64,000 bases of DNA. It comes from Bacteroidales bacterium. GTDB lineage: Bacteria; Bacteroidota; Bacteroidia; Bacteroidales; ML635J-15. The translations under genes were made by a program, and so were the position numbers. The notes under the pieces were generated by a model. The model made no database searches. It had not been told where the DNA came from and saw only the letters and a list, made by a program, of their open reading frames with translations. Location of the stretch: positions 611 to 64,610 of the forward strand of contig JAQIBY010000139.1 in assembly GCA_027858835.1 (NCBI GenBank), written 5' to 3'. Shown here one piece after another: positions 40,701 through 49,414 of this stretch (its first letter is position 1; the number at the start of each line of letters is the position of its first letter).

Positions 40701-43700
40701 GGCACTACTTCAGGGTCTGTGCGTGTAAGATTGCGTTTGCAGGACGATGGTTATACTACGGCTTATGATCCATGTGGATTTTCTCAATATGGTGAGGTGG
40801 AAGATTACACAATTAATATACAGTCTCCTGAAATTCCGCCAATTGCTAACTTTGCAGCTAGTCCTACCAGTACCTGTGATGGAATTGTTCAATTTACTGA
40901 TGCATCTTTAAATGCAGATACTTGGAGTTGGGATTTTGGCGATGGAAATTCATCCACAGCACAGAATCCAGTGTATACTTATACAGTTAATGGTACTTAT
41001 ACAGTTGCCCTTACAGTGAACAATGCTTATGGAAATGATACGCATACAGAAGTTGATTATGTCGTAGTTGATATGCCGGTTGCACCTACTGTAACTGATG
41101 CAGAAAACTGTGGCCCTGGGGATATGACATTAACTGTTTCCGGAACTGGAGGCACACTGAATTGGTATGATGCACCAACAGGAGGAAATCTTGTTAACAC
41201 TGGTACTTCATTAAGCGATAATTTTGCAGCTACAACTAGTTATTATGTTTCCGAAATGGTTGCCGGCGCAACGCATAATGTTGGGCTTACTGATAATACT
41301 GCAGGAGGAGATTATTACAGCGGAGCAAATGACCATGGTTGTGTTTTTAATGCATTAACTGATTTTGTTATTGAAACAGTAACCGTTTATGCTGATGGTG
41401 CGGGTGACAGAACAATCCAACTTCGTGATAATGCAGATAATGTTTTAGAAGAACTTATTGTAAGTTTAGTTGATGGTGAGAATCAGGTAGATTTGTTTTT
41501 CCCGGTTACAACAGGGACAAATTATAAACTTGTTGCTGTTGCTCCCGGAAATTTATTTTACGATAATACTGGAGTTGCATATCCTTATGAGGTGGCAGAT
41601 GTGCTAAGCATTGTCAATTCAACAGAGGATACGAGTTTTTTTATTTACTTTTATAACTGGGTAGTTTCAGAAGGTGGTTGCGAAAGCGCCAGAGAACAAG
41701 TTACTGCAACAGTGCTTGATTTACCAAGCGTTGATCTCGGTGCCGATCAAACAATTTGTGAAACAGATGATTATACTTTTGATGCCGGTGCAGGTTTTTC
41801 AAATTATGCATGGTCAAATGCTTCAAACAATCAGAGTATAACAGTTAGTACTGCAGATGTTTATTCTGTTACAGTAATGGATGCAAACGGTTGCGAAGCT
41901 GAAGATGCAGTTGAATTGTTTGTTGATGCAATGCCAACAATAACGATTGATGCAGTCGCTGATTTATGTGAAAATGAAGTAGCAGTTGCACTTTCTGCAA
42001 CACCTGCCGGTGGAAACTGGTCTGGTACGGGAGTAACTGGCAATCAATTTGATCCTTCAATTGGAGCTGGTGACTACACAATTACTTATGAAGCAAGCAA
42101 TGGCGAATGTACTGCAACGGATAATATTTCTATCCATGTAGATGCATTACCTGATGTAACAATTGATGCTGTTGGACCATTCTGTGCAGGAGATGCTGCG
42201 GTAACGTTAACTGCTGCAACTGCCGGAGGAACTTGGTCTGGTGATGGCGTAACAGGTAATCAATTCGATCCTGCTACAGCCGGTATTGGTTCACATATTA
42301 TTACTTATGAAGTGGATAATGGTGTGTGTACTGCAACTGACCAAATTACAATTGACGTAAATGTAAATGCTGATGCCACAATTGATGCAGTCGCAGATTT
42401 GTGCGAGGCAGATGCTTCAGTAACGTTAACTGCTGTCACTACCGGAGGAATTTGGACAGGTGATGGCGTTACCGGGGATACTTTTGCTCCTTCAGTTGCA
42501 GGAGCAGGTGATCATGTAATTACTTACACAATTAGTGGTGCATGTGGTGATAACGATCAAATCACAATCCATGTCGATGCAATGCCAAACATTTCAATTA
42601 CTGATCCAGGTGCTTTCTGTACAGGTGATGCTGCGGTAACACTTAGTGCAACACCTGCCGGAGGAACTTGGGATGGTAACGGTATTTCAGGGAATCAATT
42701 TGATCCTGTTGTGGCGGGTATTGGAAACCATACAATTTCTTATGAAGTTAGTAATGGAACGTGTACGACCACAGAAGATATTACATTGTATGTTTCTGAT
42801 GGATATGATGCAACAATTAATGCAGTCGCAGATTTATGTGCAGCGGATGCTCCGATTACATTAACTGCTGCTGATGCAGGTGGAACATGGTCTGGTGACG
42901 GTGTTACAGCTGATACTTTTGACCCGGCAGTAGCTGGAGAAGGCGATCATATTATAACTTATACTATTGCCGGTTCATGCGGTGACTCCGATAATATTAC
43001 CGTTCATGTGGATGCAATGCCCGATGCAACAATTGATGCTGTCGGTCCATTCTGCGTCGGTGATGCTGCGATAACTTTAACTGCTGCAACTGCAGGTGGA
43101 ACTTGGACAGGCGATGGCGTAACTGGTGATCAGTTCGATCCTTCTGCTGCAGGAATTGGAACGCATGAAATTTCTTACGAAGTGGACAATGGAGCTTGTT
43201 CAGCAACGGATATGATTACTATAGTTGTTTCCGATTATTATGATGCAACGATCGATTTAGTTGGAGATATCTGTGAAACAAATGCTCCAATTACATTAAC
43301 TGCTGCTGATGCCGGTGGAACATGGTCTGGTGACGGTGTTACAGGTGATGCTTTTGACCCGGCAGTAGCTGGAGAAGGCGATCATATTATAACTTACACT
43401 ATTTCAGGTTCATGTGGTGATAGCGACCAAATTACTATCCATGTGGATGCAATGCTTACTGCAAGTATTATCCATCCGGGAGATTTCTGTGTTGGCGATG
43501 ATCCGGTTGTTTTAACTGCAACTGAGGCTGGCGGCACTTGGTCTGGTGATGGTGTTGTCGGTGATACATTTGATCCTTCTGCAGCCGGACTTGGTGTTTA
43601 CACAATTACTTACACTATTGAAAACGGAACTTGCTCTGATTCTGATGACGTGACTGTAGTTGTCGGTGAAGAGCCCGTTGTGACTGTAGATGTTACCAAT

Positions 43701-44147
43701 GCTAGTTCTTCTTCTGCTGAAGATGGTGCTGCCACACTTAATATTTCCGGTGGAATTAGTCCATATACAATATTATGGTCAACCGGTGATGAAACAGTGA
43801 CAGTGGATAATTTAGCCGCTGGAACTTATTCTGTTATGGTTGCTGATGCAGCAGGTTGTAGTGCGAATGTTCCGGTGTTGATTGATTTCACCAACAGTAT
43901 TGCAGAGGAAAGTTTACAATTTAAATTGTATCCAAATCCTGCAAAAACTGAATTGTTTATTGAAACCAATCCGAACATGGTAAGTCGTGTGGAATTAGTA
44001 AATATGCTTGGACAAAGTATTATGACAGAAGATATTAATGGAACAATCACTGTGCTGGATGTCAGTGAATATGTTTCAGGAGTTTACTTCGTACGTATTT
44101 ATGCTTTGGATGGAGAACAACACATTAACCGAGTTGTGATTGACTAA
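37767..44147 (+). CDS. Gingipain-family (C25, Kgp-like) cysteine protease with PKD, GEVED and Ig-like repeat domains and T9SS CTD
   Basis: Propeptide (GAPDLP, RPFRYNP); FIQWKTKSGY, YVLIVGD, TDLYYG, GRMSA, NYTAH (His), IANCC (Cys), YYWEIYHNSGDPSL; three PKD domains; GEVEDY; LYPNPA CTD. Confidence 0.92.
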   Translation: MRRLISLFVAMFFIAAAFGQTGIKLSDSKTEIKLRSATQTGVQLETKLQDLKFETMLTDVGEFEGLYAGSLQKDHGISPGAPDLPVYAGLLEVPYGAEIVATVIDYDETIYNLNELGLQKIAPSQPSLSKSTDPESVQFEYDAALYGTDSWIEPEIVSTSYQGVMRGVPIGQVVVRPFRYNPATNELSVLSNIKLDISFEGADLGLTLDQKNKYYSPQFSSVYNMLLNYQPPANKDSFTSYPIKYVIVADRAFEVTLQPFIQWKTKSGYNVIEAYTDDPAVGSTTTSIQSYLQGLYDDGTASDPAPSYVLIVGDHDGDYNVPAHSGETGSHVTDLYYGCYDGGSDNIPDLFLGRMSANTTTELQNILDKIIPYEMYTIPDGTYLDRCMLIAGVDATFAPKHGDGTLSYGIREYFNEAHGFSDIYAYYYAYTSGDYHVMSSNDAGASADIISKISDGVGFANYTAHCMQYGWADPAVVNDDIAGLNNVDEYAFMIANCCLSFKFDYSDYDAFGEQILYAQDKGAVNYIGTSNNSLWDEDVYWGIGLTSLGITQANVPNHNYSNTGQGAYDGVMHEHGESFDEWFFTGGQMVFAANTQVQASTSGSKQYYWEIYHNSGDPSLMPFLTQPEAMTVSYTTPMIGNTSLNVSCEPYTYVAISQDGVLLDAKWSGANSSVTLSFPALTADGASVVATKQDRVPQVDDFTPIAADPPVADFSGTPLTIFEGESVTFTDLSSSPAEWSWTFGDGGTSTQINPVYTYNTAGTYTVSLTVTNPLDSDIETKVDYITVNPNTNPPTSDFVADQTTVTMGTTVNFTDLSANLPTSWEWTFDGGDIASSTDQNPSVVYDTPGTYTVELTASNTYGQGTTETKVDYITVTLPDYCDAGSGDAGFENISNVELGTINNGSTASTYTDFTAISTDAFAGDDLTLTVTVGGGYATDFLMVWADWNRDGDFADANEDIWTSAQGTGPYSTTITVPGGTTSGSVRVRLRLQDDGYTTAYDPCGFSQYGEVEDYTINIQSPEIPPIANFAASPTSTCDGIVQFTDASLNADTWSWDFGDGNSSTAQNPVYTYTVNGTYTVALTVNNAYGNDTHTEVDYVVVDMPVAPTVTDAENCGPGDMTLTVSGTGGTLNWYDAPTGGNLVNTGTSLSDNFAATTSYYVSEMVAGATHNVGLTDNTAGGDYYSGANDHGCVFNALTDFVIETVTVYADGAGDRTIQLRDNADNVLEELIVSLVDGENQVDLFFPVTTGTNYKLVAVAPGNLFYDNTGVAYPYEVADVLSIVNSTEDTSFFIYFYNWVVSEGGCESAREQVTATVLDLPSVDLGADQTICETDDYTFDAGAGFSNYAWSNASNNQSITVSTADVYSVTVMDANGCEAEDAVELFVDAMPTITIDAVADLCENEVAVALSATPAGGNWSGTGVTGNQFDPSIGAGDYTITYEASNGECTATDNISIHVDALPDVTIDAVGPFCAGDAAVTLTAATAGGTWSGDGVTGNQFDPATAGIGSHIITYEVDNGVCTATDQITIDVNVNADATIDAVADLCEADASVTLTAVTTGGIWTGDGVTGDTFAPSVAGAGDHVITYTISGACGDNDQITIHVDAMPNISITDPGAFCTGDAAVTLSATPAGGTWDGNGISGNQFDPVVAGIGNHTISYEVSNGTCTTTEDITLYVSDGYDATINAVADLCAADAPITLTAADAGGTWSGDGVTADTFDPAVAGEGDHIITYTIAGSCGDSDNITVHVDAMPDATIDAVGPFCVGDAAITLTAATAGGTWTGDGVTGDQFDPSAAGIGTHEISYEVDNGACSATDMITIVVSDYYDATIDLVGDICETNAPITLTAADAGGTWSGDGVTGDAFDPAVAGEGDHIITYTISGSCGDSDQITIHVDAMLTASIIHPGDFCVGDDPVVLTATEAGGTWSGDGVVGDTFDPSAAGLGVYTITYTIENGTCSDSDDVTVVVGEEPVVTVDVTNASSSSAEDGAATLNISGGISPYTILWSTGDETVTVDNLAAGTYSVMVADAAGCSANVPVLIDFTNSIAEESLQFKLYPNPAKTELFIETNPNMVSRVELVNMLGQSIMTEDINGTITVLDVSEYVSGVYFVRIYALDGEQHINRVVID
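41922..43665 (+). repeat. Eight tandem 72-73 aa Ig-like repeats in the C25 protein
   Basis: Consensus D(A/P)TIDAVxxxCxxDAxxTLTAxxAGGTWSGDGVTGDxFDPxxAGxGxHxITYxxxxGxCxxxDxITIHV occurs eight times. Confidence 0.92.
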
Positions 44148-44167
44148 ATTCATTTGATAATATTATA

Positions 44168-44204
44168 ACAAAAAAGCGGGTGAGTAATCATCCGCTTTTT
44201 TGTT
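44168..44204. terminator. Bidirectional terminator between the convergent C25 and S9B genes
   Basis: ACAAAAAAGCGGGTGA-GTAA-TCATCCGCTTTTTTGT. Confidence 0.85.
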
Positions 44205-44347
44205 TGATCCTTTAATCGGTATTATCCATAAAAACGGATTAAGCAAAGATTTGGGGGAAGCACAAAATAAAATATATATTCTCGAATTAAAACAATTTGC
44301 TTTTGTTCCGTCAAACTCCGCCAAAAGCATATCGTACAAGAATCGTT

Positions 44348-46525
44348 TTATTTCAAATGATCATCAAAATAATCAGTTACTTTTTGCATGAGATGAATTC
44401 TGTCATATCCGCCGACATTGTGTTCTGCTCTCGGATACACAAAATAATCAATCGGAATTTGATTTTTGATGCACTCTCTTACAAAAACAAAGCTGTGCTG
44501 TTGAACCACGACCGGATCAATGCCGCCGTGAATCATCATTAATTTTCCTTCAAGTTTTTTGCACTGTTTTGCCAAATTATTGGCTTCGTATCCTTCCGGA
44601 TTTTCATCGGGAGTATCCATGTATCGTTCGCCGTACATGACTTCGTAATATTTCCAGTCAACAACAGTACCACCTGCAACTCCGACTTTAAATACATCGG
44701 GGTGGTTAAGCATTAAGTTGGTAGTCATAAAACCGCCAAAGCTCCAACCATGTATGCCGATTCGTTCTGCATCCACATAATCCTTTGATTTTAAGAACTC
44801 TATGCCCTGCATTTGGTCGGCCATTTCATGTTCTCCGAGTTTTCGATGAATGATGTTTTCAAAGTCTGCTCCGCGATTTGCCGACCCTCGATTGTCTAGC
44901 GTAAACATGACATATCCTTTTTGTGCCATCAAATATTGCCATCCTCTGGCGCCACCTAACCAAGAATTGGTAATGAGTTGCGCATGTGGGCCTCCATACA
45001 CGTAAACCACGGTAGGATACAGTGCATTAGGATCGAAATTTGGAGGTAAAATGAGGCGGTAATACAAATCAGTTTCCCCGTCTGCGGCTTTTATGGTGCC
45101 AATTTCTACTTCGCCGATATTGATATCCGAAAGCGGATTTTCAGCAGTTAAAATGTTTCGTTTGAATTTGCCGTCTAAATTAATGATGTCATAAGCATTC
45201 GGCATTTCAGTCGATGAGTAATTATCAAGAATGTACTCTCCGTTGGGGGATAAGCTTGCAGAATGCACGCCTGCAGCATTGGTAAGTTGTGTAATTTCAT
45301 TGGTTGAAAGATTGAGTTTGTAAATATGGCGCTCAATTGGCGATGCCGCTGTCGATTGAAAAATGATATCATTTGATTTTGGCGTGAAACCAATGAGCTC
45401 AGTCACTTCCCAATTTCCTGAAGTGAGTTGTTTTTTCAATTCGCCTTTTGTTGTGTATCGGTAAAGATGATTGTATCCGTCGCGGCGGGATTGCCAGATA
45501 AAATCGCTTGTTGAGCCCGGAATAAATTTTGCGGGATGTTGTGGCTCAACATATTTATCATGTCTTTCTTCAAATACTGTGCGGATGAATTCTCCTGTTT
45601 CTGCCTGATACAGATTCATTTGCATGTGATTTTGAGCACGGTTAAGTACGGCAATCAGAATCTGTTTAGAATCTGGTGTCCAACTGATATTGGTGAGGTA
45701 TTGTTCAGGGTCTCCAGTAGTTTGAATTACAATTTCGGAATTGGTTTCGGTATTAAGCACAATGAGTTTTGACTCTTCGCTTTTCATGCCGGCCATTGGG
45801 TATTTTATGTTGTCAACGGTGGCTACCCGACTGCGGATATCAACCAAAGGATAATCAGTGACCATTGATTCATCTTTCAGATAATATGCCATTTTTTTTG
45901 AGTCGGGGGACCAGAAAATTCCTTTGTCAATTCCAAATTCATTTCTGGCAATTGTTTGTCCTGCGGTTAAATTTTGGTCGCGATTATTGGTCACCTGATT
46001 TAGCGCTTCCGTATTTGCGTAGGCAAGATTTTTCCCGGTTGTAAATGCAATTGCCTGTTTATCAGGTGTGATTTCTGTGTTTTCAGCAGCTTCCGGGAGT
46101 TTGATTATTTTGATAACTGCCTTATCTTTCAAGTTTATTTCTATATAATTGTTGTTCGTATTAAGGCTAATTGTATTTGAATTAACCCACTTTACTGACG
46201 GAAAATGAGATGCAGCCGGAATTTCTGATGCATCTAAAATTTCGTTTAGTGTTTCGAGATTCAATATGCATTTGCTTTTATCTGAAGCAATGCTTTCTTG
46301 CATTAATCCTTCCGAAGAAACAAAAGTAATGTGCTTTGAATCACCGTGCCATTGCATATTCCTGCGGTATTCCGGATAGTATTGACGCCACATTCCGACA
46401 ACGGCATCTTCCATGCTCAGGTCTTTCTTTTGTGCGATACTGTTAGGGGTGATGAACAAAAATGCCAGAAGGCAGGTCAGGGTAATTTGATAAAATCGTT
46501 TCATAAATTTATACATTGTTTTCAT
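44348..46525 (-). CDS. S9B peptidase (DPP IV/prolyl tripeptidyl peptidase PtpA-like)
   Basis: DPPIV_N propeller (RNEFGIDKGIFWSPD, KYPMAG); YVYGGPHAQL; GWSFGG Ser, DPVV Asp, EHNV His. Confidence 0.93.
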   Translation of the reverse strand: MKTMYKFMKRFYQITLTCLLAFLFITPNSIAQKKDLSMEDAVVGMWRQYYPEYRRNMQWHGDSKHITFVSSEGLMQESIASDKSKCILNLETLNEILDASEIPAASHFPSVKWVNSNTISLNTNNNYIEINLKDKAVIKIIKLPEAAENTEITPDKQAIAFTTGKNLAYANTEALNQVTNNRDQNLTAGQTIARNEFGIDKGIFWSPDSKKMAYYLKDESMVTDYPLVDIRSRVATVDNIKYPMAGMKSEESKLIVLNTETNSEIVIQTTGDPEQYLTNISWTPDSKQILIAVLNRAQNHMQMNLYQAETGEFIRTVFEERHDKYVEPQHPAKFIPGSTSDFIWQSRRDGYNHLYRYTTKGELKKQLTSGNWEVTELIGFTPKSNDIIFQSTAASPIERHIYKLNLSTNEITQLTNAAGVHSASLSPNGEYILDNYSSTEMPNAYDIINLDGKFKRNILTAENPLSDINIGEVEIGTIKAADGETDLYYRLILPPNFDPNALYPTVVYVYGGPHAQLITNSWLGGARGWQYLMAQKGYVMFTLDNRGSANRGADFENIIHRKLGEHEMADQMQGIEFLKSKDYVDAERIGIHGWSFGGFMTTNLMLNHPDVFKVGVAGGTVVDWKYYEVMYGERYMDTPDENPEGYEANNLAKQCKKLEGKLMMIHGGIDPVVVQQHSFVFVRECIKNQIPIDYFVYPRAEHNVGGYDRIHLMQKVTDYFDDHLK

Positions 46526-46603
46526 GACAAAGATAAGATTTTAGTGAAATTCTAAAACACAAGAATGAAATGGTAAATAATAAACAAAACTCAAATTATT
46601 AAA

Positions 46604-46750
46604 CCCTGCCAGGGCGGAGGCTGGCAGCCCGTTTGCTGCGATGGCTCGGTATTGCGCATGAGGCTTAGCGACCGGAGGAAGCTCAAGCAGCAGGCATTGC
46701 AATACCGGCAGAGCGGTAACCGGCTATAAGCCGCAGACCGTTTGGCAGCC
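46604..46750. other. GC-rich, multi-hairpin intergenic element (REP/MITE-like or structured RNA)
   Basis: CTGCCAG/CTGGCAG, CGGTATTGC/GCAATACCG and CGGCT/AGCCG inverted repeats within an AT-rich spacer. Confidence 0.6.
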
Positions 46751-46811
46751 AAATAAATCAATCTAAAATAATTGGGATTGTCCTTTTAATACACTAATTT
46801 CATTGCGAAAA

Positions 46812-47600
46812 ATGAAGTTGATTCGCTTAAAATATTGGTTAATTGGATTGCTTTTTGTTCTGTTTTCTTGCAATCAAGTGAATACAGGACAGGGCATTGA
46901 CGAGGCATTTGACGGATTAGATGATGCGCCTGAAGCCTTGATGCCGGCACCTGAAAAACTTCCAAAATCGGAAACTGCATTGTATTTTGAATCGCTTGGG
47001 CTTGTTGACGTGCAAAGTCTTGATAGCAGTATTTTTGTAGATTTAAAATATGCGGGCGAAGCGAATTTCTTGAAGACCAATTTGTATGGCGATTTAAAAC
47101 GAGCATATTTGCAAGCTGATGTTGCTGAAAAATTGGTGAAAGCATCGAATTTGTTGCAAACTGAGTATCCAGAATTGCGATTGCTTGTTTGGGATGCGGT
47201 TCGTCCGCTTTCTGTGCAACAACGAATGTGGGATTTGTGTGATGTCCCGCTGAATCGTCGTCATTGGTATGTTTCGCCGCCCGAAAAACGCTCGCTGCAT
47301 AATTTTGGTGCAGCCGTTGATGTTACAGTGGTTACAACGGACGGTAAGTGTCTTGAAATGGGAACGGATTTTGATCATTTTAGCGATACAGCTTACACGG
47401 TGAATGAAGCAGAATTGGTGAAGATTGGAAAAATTTCAAAGATTGCACATGATAACCGCTTGATTTTACGGTCTGTAATGAATGAAGCCGGGTTTTCGTC
47501 AATTGATTACGAATGGTGGCACTTTAATTCATGCTCTAGAAATGCGGCAAAGTCAAAATATCCGCTTATTTTTGGGCTTTCAAAAACCAAAAACAATTAG
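46812..47600 (+). CDS. M15D D-Ala-D-Ala dipeptidase (VanX/DdpX-like), lipoprotein
   Basis: Lipobox LFSC; DLKYA, WDAVRP, SLHNFGAAVD, MGTDFD, EWWHF. Confidence 0.92.
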   Translation: MKLIRLKYWLIGLLFVLFSCNQVNTGQGIDEAFDGLDDAPEALMPAPEKLPKSETALYFESLGLVDVQSLDSSIFVDLKYAGEANFLKTNLYGDLKRAYLQADVAEKLVKASNLLQTEYPELRLLVWDAVRPLSVQQRMWDLCDVPLNRRHWYVSPPEKRSLHNFGAAVDVTVVTTDGKCLEMGTDFDHFSDTAYTVNEAELVKIGKISKIAHDNRLILRSVMNEAGFSSIDYEWWHFNSCSRNAAKSKYPLIFGLSKTKNN

Positions 47601-47601
47601 C

Positions 47602-49410
47602 ATGGGTATTTCAACATTGGATTGGATGATAATTGGGCTTTATTTTGCCATAAGCATCAGCATTGGAATTATCATGTCGAGGCGTGCTGGACGAAGTACG
47701 GGTGATTTTTTTCTGTCGGGGCGGAATTTGCCATGGTGGATTGCCGGAACCAGTATGGTTGCAACTACCTTTGCTGCCGATACACCCCTTGCTGTTACTG
47801 AATTGGTTTCGCAAAGTGGTGTTGCCGGAAATTGGCTGTGGTGGAATATGCTATTCGGCGGAATGTTAACCGTTTTCTTCTTTGCCAGATTGTGGAGGCG
47901 TGCGGGCATAATGACTGATTGTGAGTTTGTTGCCATCCGGTATTCGGGTCGTGCTGCAAGGTTTTTACGTGGTTTTCGTGCTGTTTATATTGGCATTTTC
48001 ATGAATGTTGTTGTGATTGCCTGGGTGAATCTGGCCATGTTAAAGATTCTACAAGTGATGTTTCCCGAGTTCACAATCAACGGACAAAGTAGTTTTATGG
48101 TGCTAGGAAATGAAATGCCTATGCAAATGTTGATTGTCGGCGGTTTGCTCTTGTTTGTTTCCCTTTATTCAGCTTTGTCCGGATTGTGGGGCGTTTCCCT
48201 GACTGATACTTTCCAGTTCGTGATTGCAATGGCAGGATGTGTTGTGTTGGCAATTGTGGCTATAAATGCACCTGGTATAGGAGGCGTGGAAGGTTTGAAA
48301 GCGCAGCTTCCTGAGCATGTTTTCAGTTTTACGCCGGTGATAGGTGAACCTGCTTCGGCAAGTGGAATTCTGCAAATGAGTGTTGTCGCATTTGTCGCAT
48401 ATATTGGTGTTCAGTGGTGGGCAAGTTGGTATCCCGGTGCAGAGCCTGGTGGCGGTGGGTATGTCGCACAGCGGATGATGTCTGCAAAAGATGAAAAACA
48501 TTCATTACTTGCAACTTTGTGGTATCAGATAGCACATTTTGCAATTCGTCCATGGCCCTGGATTATCGTGGCATTGGTAGCATTGGTGCTATATCCTGAT
48601 GAGCCGGATAAAGGAGCAACATTTATTATGGTAATGAGGGATTATTTACCTTCCGGCTTACTCGGTTTGCTGATGGCTGCATTTCTTGCTGCTTTTATGT
48701 CAACAGTAGCATCGCAAACTGTATGGGGAACCTCATATATTGTCAACGATTTATTTCAGCCTTTTATAAAACCGGGTGGCAGTGAAAAGTATTATGTGAA
48801 AATATCACGCTTTACCACGATTTTATTACTTATTTTGAGTTTTATTGTCTCCGGATTTTTCGATCAAATCAGTGATGCTTGGAAATTTATTCTGGCTTGT
48901 TCGGGCGGCATTGGCATGGTGTTAATTTTGCGCTGGTTTTGGTGGCGAATTAATGCATGGACAGAAATTGCCGCAATGCTGGCTCCATATGCGGTTTTGC
49001 CCGTTTTGGTTATGGGTTTCGGTATGGATGTGTACAATAAAGATTTTGGTTGGGCGCTGATAATAATTGTTGCGTTTTCAAGCATTGTGTGGCTTGTCGT
49101 AACCTTTCTTACCAAACCGACTGATACCAAACAATTGTACAAATTTTATGAAAAAGTCCATCCGGGTGGTAGAGGTTGGAGACGCATTTCTAAAAACATG
49201 CCTGACGTAACAGGAGATACCGGGTATATTTATTTATTTGCAAGTTGGATACTCGGCTGTATGATGGTGCTGAGCTTACTGTTTGCCATCGGCGATTTTA
49301 TTTTTGCAAATTATATGAAAGCAATTATTGAGACAATTATTTTTGTTGTTTCAGCAATTGTCCTCTTTTATGCCATGCGTGCATACGGATGGAAAAATGT
49401 TGTAAAATAA
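47602..49410 (+). CDS. Sodium:solute symporter (SSS family)
   Basis: FFLSGRNLPWW, SMVATTFAADT, QRMMSAKDE, LAAFMST; about 13-14 TM helices; start 1 nt after the upstream stop. Confidence 0.93.
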   Translation: MGISTLDWMIIGLYFAISISIGIIMSRRAGRSTGDFFLSGRNLPWWIAGTSMVATTFAADTPLAVTELVSQSGVAGNWLWWNMLFGGMLTVFFFARLWRRAGIMTDCEFVAIRYSGRAARFLRGFRAVYIGIFMNVVVIAWVNLAMLKILQVMFPEFTINGQSSFMVLGNEMPMQMLIVGGLLLFVSLYSALSGLWGVSLTDTFQFVIAMAGCVVLAIVAINAPGIGGVEGLKAQLPEHVFSFTPVIGEPASASGILQMSVVAFVAYIGVQWWASWYPGAEPGGGGYVAQRMMSAKDEKHSLLATLWYQIAHFAIRPWPWIIVALVALVLYPDEPDKGATFIMVMRDYLPSGLLGLLMAAFLAAFMSTVASQTVWGTSYIVNDLFQPFIKPGGSEKYYVKISRFTTILLLILSFIVSGFFDQISDAWKFILACSGGIGMVLILRWFWWRINAWTEIAAMLAPYAVLPVLVMGFGMDVYNKDFGWALIIIVAFSSIVWLVVTFLTKPTDTKQLYKFYEKVHPGGRGWRRISKNMPDVTGDTGYIYLFASWILGCMMVLSLLFAIGDFIFANYMKAIIETIIFVVSAIVLFYAMRAYGWKNVVK

Positions 49411-49414
49411 GGAT

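Noticed and set aside
46812-47600. Vancomycin resistance locus
   Set aside because: Lone VanX-like lipoprotein without ligase, dehydrogenase or VanRS.
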